DNA of 64,000 nt from Bacteroidetes bacterium ADurb.Bin145. GTDB lineage: Bacteria; Bacteroidota; Bacteroidia; Bacteroidales; VadinHA17. Made by a program: the position numbers and the translations under genes. The DNA lies in assembly GCA_002070505.1 (NCBI GenBank), contig MWDJ01000014.1:4371-68370 (forward strand). Direction: 5' to 3'. The notes below the pieces were generated by a model. It searched no databases. It saw only the letters and a list, made by a program, of their open reading frames with translations, and had not been told where the DNA came from. Each line of letters starts with the position of its first letter. Positions within the stretch are counted from its first letter, which is position 1. Positions 59,824 to 64,000 of the stretch are shown one piece after another.

Positions 59824-61211
59824 ATATGTATTACCTCCCCGTAGGCAGCTGCTGCTGCTTCCATTATAGCTTCCGACATTGTCGGATGGGGATGAACCGA
59901 CCTGATTATCTCATGAGCGGTAGTTTCCAGTTTCCTGGCCACAACGATCTCAGATATCATCTCCGTAACATTGGCCCCTATCATATGCGCACCCAGAAGT
60001 TCTCCATATGAGGCATCAAATATTAACTTGATGAATCCATCCCTTGACCCTGATGCAGTCGCTTTACCTGAAGCGGTGAATGGGAATTTTCCCACCTTAA
60101 TTTCGCGGCCAGCTTCTTTAGCAGCTGCTTCCGTAAGGCCGACAGAAGCGATCTCAGGGTTAGTATAAGTACATGCCGCGATGTTACCGTAATCAAGAGG
60201 TCTGACGTCCATCCCTGCTATCTTCTCAACACATAGGATCCCCTCAGCTGATGCTACATGAGCCAGAGCCGGTCCCGGAACTATATCTCCGATCGCATAA
60301 ATCCCCGGAACTGAGGTCTCATAGAACTCGTTCACCAAAACTTTCCCTTTGCCGGTCTTTACCCCGGCTTTCTCAAGACCAATATCTTCAATATTTGGAG
60401 TTATTCCTACAGCTGAAAGGACCACGTCAACATTTACAGTCTGATTTCCAGAAGGAGTCTTAACTGACACACTGCACTTTTCTCCCGACAGATCAACTGA
60501 TTCAACAGCTGAACCGGTCATAATCTTCATTTTCTTCTTTTTAAAAGATCTCTCAAGCTGTTTCGAGACCTCTTCATCCTCATTGGGCACTATCCTTGGA
60601 AGGAATTCAACAAGTGTCACTTCGGTCCCTATGGTCTGGTAGAAATCAGCAAACTCGCTGCCTATCGCCCCTGCTCCCACAACGAGCATCGACCGGGGTT
60701 GTTCAGGCAAGGTCATTGCTTCCCTGTAGCCGATTATTTTCTTCCCATCCTGCTTCAGACCCGGAAGATCCCTTGAGCGTGCTCCTGTGGCAAGTATAAT
60801 ATTCTTCGCGGTGAACAGCTTCCTGCTGCCATCCTGATCCTCAACCTCAACATTGTTTCCCCCTGCAAGCCTACCATATCCTTTAATATGAGTTATTCCA
60901 TTCTTTCTGAAAAGGAATTGTATACCCTTGCTCATTCCTTCCGCCACATTGCGGCTTCTGGCAATGACAGCCCCAAAATCAGCTTTCACTTCACCCCCGA
61001 CTGAAATCCCGTAATCAGATGCGTGGTTCAGATATTCGAAGACCTGTGCGCTTTTTAGTAACGATTTTGTGGGTATACAACCCCAGTTGAGACAGATACC
61101 TCCTACCTCAGCTTTCTCAATTACAGCCACTTTCATTTTAAGCTGTGAGGCTCTGATTGCTGCCACGTAGCCTCCCGGGCCGCTGCCGATTATTATAAGA
61201 TCGTAATCCAT
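59820..61211 (-). CDS. lpdA: Dihydrolipoyl dehydrogenase (E3)
   Basis: GSGPGGY FAD motif, redox-active disulfide GGICLNWGCIPTK, NAD motif VVGAGAIGSEF, and C-terminal HPHPTMSE. Confidence 0.95.
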   Translation of the reverse strand: MDYDLIIIGSGPGGYVAAIRASQLKMKVAVIEKAEVGGICLNWGCIPTKSLLKSAQVFEYLNHASDYGISVGGEVKADFGAVIARSRNVAEGMSKGIQFLFRKNGITHIKGYGRLAGGNNVEVEDQDGSRKLFTAKNIILATGARSRDLPGLKQDGKKIIGYREAMTLPEQPRSMLVVGAGAIGSEFADFYQTIGTEVTLVEFLPRIVPNEDEEVSKQLERSFKKKKMKIMTGSAVESVDLSGEKCSVSVKTPSGNQTVNVDVVLSAVGITPNIEDIGLEKAGVKTGKGKVLVNEFYETSVPGIYAIGDIVPGPALAHVASAEGILCVEKIAGMDVRPLDYGNIAACTYTNPEIASVGLTEAAAKEAGREIKVGKFPFTASGKATASGSRDGFIKLIFDASYGELLGAHMIGANVTEMISEIVVARKLETTAHEIIRSVHPHPTMSEAIMEAAAAAYGEVIHI

Positions 61212-61235
61212 TGTATATTATTTAGTAGTGATTGG

Positions 61236-62093
61236 TTACTGGTGACTGGTTATTGGTGACTGGTTATTGGTATCTGGTCTCTTAAAATATCTCATTAAAT
61301 AATTAAGAAGTTTTACCATTACCCATAATATTACCAGAGTGAAAATTATAGTAGCTCCGACGGGTACACCCAAAAAATAGGAAATTATATATCCGGCTGC
61401 TGTTCCTATGAATCCTGCAAGGATTGACAGGATTATGATCTTTGAATATACCCTTGTCAGAATCATTGCGATGTTAGGAGGGATTGTCAGCAGCGAAAGC
61501 ACAAGCACCACTCCTGCCATCCTGATGTTTAATACAATAGTGAGTGCCACAAGGGAAGTTGTGATATATTTAAAAGTATCTACATATGATGAATAGGTCC
61601 GTGCAAATGTCTCATCATAAGATATATATAGTATTGTCCTGTAGAAGGCTGCAAAATAGAAGGTCAAAAGAACTGACATTATCCCAAGGGCAATTATATC
61701 GGCATATGTCACTGTCAGAATGCTTCCGAAGAGATATCCCATAAGATTTGGTGCATAACCGGGTGTCAGGTAAATGAAGATAATACCTGTTGCCATCCCA
61801 AATGCCCAGAGTATGCCAATCGCAGAATCTTCCCTTATCTTCTGCCTTACTGACAGATATTCAACGCCAAGTGCAGAAAGAATACCGAAAATTGCTGCTC
61901 CCAGCACCGGATTGATACCAAGGAAATATCCGATCCCTATTCCACCGAATGAAGCATGTGTTATCCCGCCGCTGAGAAAAACCATCCGTCTGCTGACAAT
62001 GTATGTTCCCACAAGGCCGGCCGTAATACTTGCAAAAACCGCACCCAGCAGTCCTTTGACAATGAATTCATATTGTAAAATATTACCTTCCAT
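61236..62093 (-). CDS. znuB: Metal (Zn/Mn) ABC transporter permease
   Basis: Polytopic 285-aa protein of the ZnuB/MntB type. Overlaps the upstream ATPase gene by 11 nt. Confidence 0.8.
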   Translation of the reverse strand: MEGNILQYEFIVKGLLGAVFASITAGLVGTYIVSRRMVFLSGGITHASFGGIGIGYFLGINPVLGAAIFGILSALGVEYLSVRQKIREDSAIGILWAFGMATGIIFIYLTPGYAPNLMGYLFGSILTVTYADIIALGIMSVLLTFYFAAFYRTILYISYDETFARTYSSYVDTFKYITTSLVALTIVLNIRMAGVVLVLSLLTIPPNIAMILTRVYSKIIILSILAGFIGTAAGYIISYFLGVPVGATIIFTLVILWVMVKLLNYLMRYFKRPDTNNQSPITSHQ

Positions 62094-62841
62094 CCAGGCT
62101 GTGGCTTCTTAATACTGTATGTGGCACCTCCCCGTGCGTAATAAGCTGAATAGGACAGCCGTAAGCAAGAAGCTGCTCGTTTGAGATCTCCGACGAAGGA
62201 TGATAACGGAGATTCCTGTTAACACAAGCATACGACTTGACATGAGACGATATCATGCCAATATCGTGCGAGACCATCAGGATCGCCATCCTTTTATTGA
62301 GGTCCTTCAGTTTTTCGTAAAAGTCATTCTCAAAAGTAGAGTCAACAAAATTCCCCGGTTCATCAAGAAGCAGCAGCACCGGGTTGCCGATTATAGCCCG
62401 CCCCAGGAATACGCGCTGAAGCTGGCCTCCGGAAAGCTCGTTCAGGGATGAGTGGGCCATTGCTGCAAGACCAAGTTCATCAATCACCTCTGCCGCTCTT
62501 TTTTTGTCGGAGGCTGACATGCGGGTGATTATCTTTTTACGGATCATCATCCCGGAAAGGATCACATCAGTAACAGTGACAGGATAGTTATTGTCTCCGG
62601 TCGATATCTGAGGCAAATAGCCTATTGTGTTTGCACTGATAAGATCGCTGTTGAAGACAATACTGCCGGCTGAAGGCCTGATGAGCCCGAGGATCACCTT
62701 CAGCAGGGTTGTTTTTCCGCCGCCATTCGGACCTATCACTCCTATGAAATCATTTTCATTTACCTTAAAATCAATATTCTGCAACACCACATTGTTTTCA
62801 TATGATGCCGACAATGATTTTATTTCAATAAGATAAGCCAT
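62083..62841 (-). CDS. znuC: Metal ABC transporter ATP-binding protein
   Basis: GPNGGGKTTLL Walker A, LSGGQLQRV signature, LLLLDEP Walker B. Confidence 0.85.
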   Translation of the reverse strand: MAYLIEIKSLSASYENNVVLQNIDFKVNENDFIGVIGPNGGGKTTLLKVILGLIRPSAGSIVFNSDLISANTIGYLPQISTGDNNYPVTVTDVILSGMMIRKKIITRMSASDKKRAAEVIDELGLAAMAHSSLNELSGGQLQRVFLGRAIIGNPVLLLLDEPGNFVDSTFENDFYEKLKDLNKRMAILMVSHDIGMISSHVKSYACVNRNLRYHPSSEISNEQLLAYGCPIQLITHGEVPHTVLRSHSLDGR

Positions 62842-62851
62842 AGTCTGTAAC

Positions 62852-63724
62852 TTATTTTTTGCTCGACAGAAAACTGTCGTGCAAAGAAGTTATTATATCC
62901 GTAGTAGCAGCCATCCAGTCTTCTGACAAAGGATCGATAATCTTAAGCTCTGCTCCTATCTCATGAGCGATAACCCTTGCATTCTTGTTATCATATTCCT
63001 TCTGTACAAATATAACCCTTATATTTTCCTTCCGGGCGATATCGATCAGTTCCTTCATCCTGGAAGGCGGCGGTTCCTTACCTTCGTATTCAACAGGAAT
63101 CTCTTTCAGACCATAATCCCTGGCCAGATATGCAAGGTTCGGATGATAGATCATAAAAGCCTTATCCTTAAAATCCGAAAAAAATGATACGGCCTGTTTA
63201 TCGGCCGCGTCAATTTTATCAAGCAAAACAGAGTATCTTAATTTATATTCCGCTTCAGATCCCGGATTAAGGCCCGATAAGAGTTCATATACCGATGATG
63301 CTATTACTTTAGCACACCTCGGAGATACCCAGTAGTGAGGATCTGCTCCTTCAGTATGCTCTCCGTGATGATCATGCCCGGCGGCAATAAGATCGATCTT
63401 TTCTCCTATAGATAATTTTATCATCTGCTTGTTGATCTCATAGAACCTGCCGAGCCAGGTAAGTTCGAATCCCAGGTATCCGTCACCGATATATGCTTCC
63501 GATAATCTAAGCTTATTTATCTGGTCAGGTACAGGCTCATAAATATGTGGATTTGAACCGGCAGGAACCATCACATTAACCCTGAAATCATCTCCTGCAA
63601 TAGCCTCCACAAAATACTTGAACGGAGCTATACTTACAGTAATTATTCGTTCCCTTTTACCTGAAGGATTGAGATTGCAGGAGAACAGTGATGCAAGTGA
63701 CAGCAGGATAATTATTCTTTTCAT
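62852..63724 (-). CDS. znuA: Metal ABC transporter substrate-binding lipoprotein (ZnuA/TroA cluster 9)
   Basis: Lipobox LFSC. NPHIYEP and DPHYW metal-ligand motifs. A His-rich loop, AAGHDHHGEHTEGA, is typical of zinc-specific ZnuA. Confidence 0.85.
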   Translation of the reverse strand: MKRIIILLSLASLFSCNLNPSGKRERIITVSIAPFKYFVEAIAGDDFRVNVMVPAGSNPHIYEPVPDQINKLRLSEAYIGDGYLGFELTWLGRFYEINKQMIKLSIGEKIDLIAAGHDHHGEHTEGADPHYWVSPRCAKVIASSVYELLSGLNPGSEAEYKLRYSVLLDKIDAADKQAVSFFSDFKDKAFMIYHPNLAYLARDYGLKEIPVEYEGKEPPPSRMKELIDIARKENIRVIFVQKEYDNKNARVIAHEIGAELKIIDPLSEDWMAATTDIITSLHDSFLSSKK

Positions 63725-63839
63725 TATTTAAGAATTCCGCGATGTATGCAAATTTAACATATAACATTACAAAAGGTTTACCTCTTGCATATAAAATAAT
63801 ATCAGCTATTTTTGATATAGAAAAACCCTCTCCTTACTG

Positions 63840-64000
63840 ATGAAAAACAAGGGTGAGATACTTGCATCTGTGCTCAGAAAATATGACGACTGCCTTTTCT
63901 TTCTTCATAATACAAGGGAATTCAGCATTGTAGAAAAAATAATGAATGAAGGATTCATTTTTGAAAACCAGCTGCTTCAATCCACCGACCAGGTAAATCC
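63840..64000 (+). CDS. Hypothetical protein, 3'-truncated by the window edge
   Basis: An ATG at 63840 opens a frame (MKNKGEILASVLRKYDDCLFFLHNTREFSIVEKIMNEGFIFENQLLQSTDQVN) that runs to the end of the window. Only 53 codons are visible. Confidence 0.3.
   Translation, partial: MKNKGEILASVLRKYDDCLFFLHNTREFSIVEKIMNEGFIFENQLLQSTDQVN

Overview
This window is about 64 kb of a Bacteroidota-type chromosome. Supporting signs are a T9SS C-terminal sorting domain, TPR-PD40-OmpA/SPOR envelope proteins, a TTTG/TAnnTTTG promoter and very few Shine-Dalgarno sites. All protein calls come from reading motifs in the supplied translations; no database search was possible.

Most of the window is ordinary core genome:
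- Translation and RNA modification: rlmN-like, rlmD, rlmB, miaA, smpB, an ABC-F ATPase.
- DNA repair: recA, uvrA.
- Redox and metabolism: 2-oxoacid dehydrogenase E2 and E3, bcp, a transaldolase-like gene, an acyl-ACP thioesterase.
- Peptidases: M3, M64, S9.
- A znuABC-like metal importer and many envelope proteins.

The unusual part is 20.0-35.4 kb.
1. Two convergent tRNA-Ser genes, CGA at 20195-20283 (+) and GCU at 31559-31645 (-), share their 3' ends plus about 150 bp of downstream sequence. This forms a ~180-bp inverted repeat bracketing an 11-kb envelope/transport gene block.
2. Immediately upstream of tRNA-Ser(GCU) lie four identical 103-bp tandem units and one 134-bp variant. Each unit carries a rearranged 5' fragment of that tRNA plus a leader hairpin. 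A consensus Bacteroidetes promoter sits in front of the array.
3. Directly upstream and co-oriented is a tightly coupled two-gene module I cannot place in a described system. It encodes a stand-alone PP2C/SpoIIE phosphatase and a 761-aa ABC/OLD-like ATPase with a coiled-coil insert and a TOPRIM-like C-terminus whose catalytic positions appear substituted.

I flag this PP2C-ATPase-array-tRNA locus as the best candidate for something undescribed. Function is inference only.

Other observations: a four-gene tandem family of TPR-PD40 paralogues with different anchoring modules, several families of REP-like palindromic or tandem intergenic repeats, and an 8-nt-period microsatellite upstream of an ECF sigma operon.
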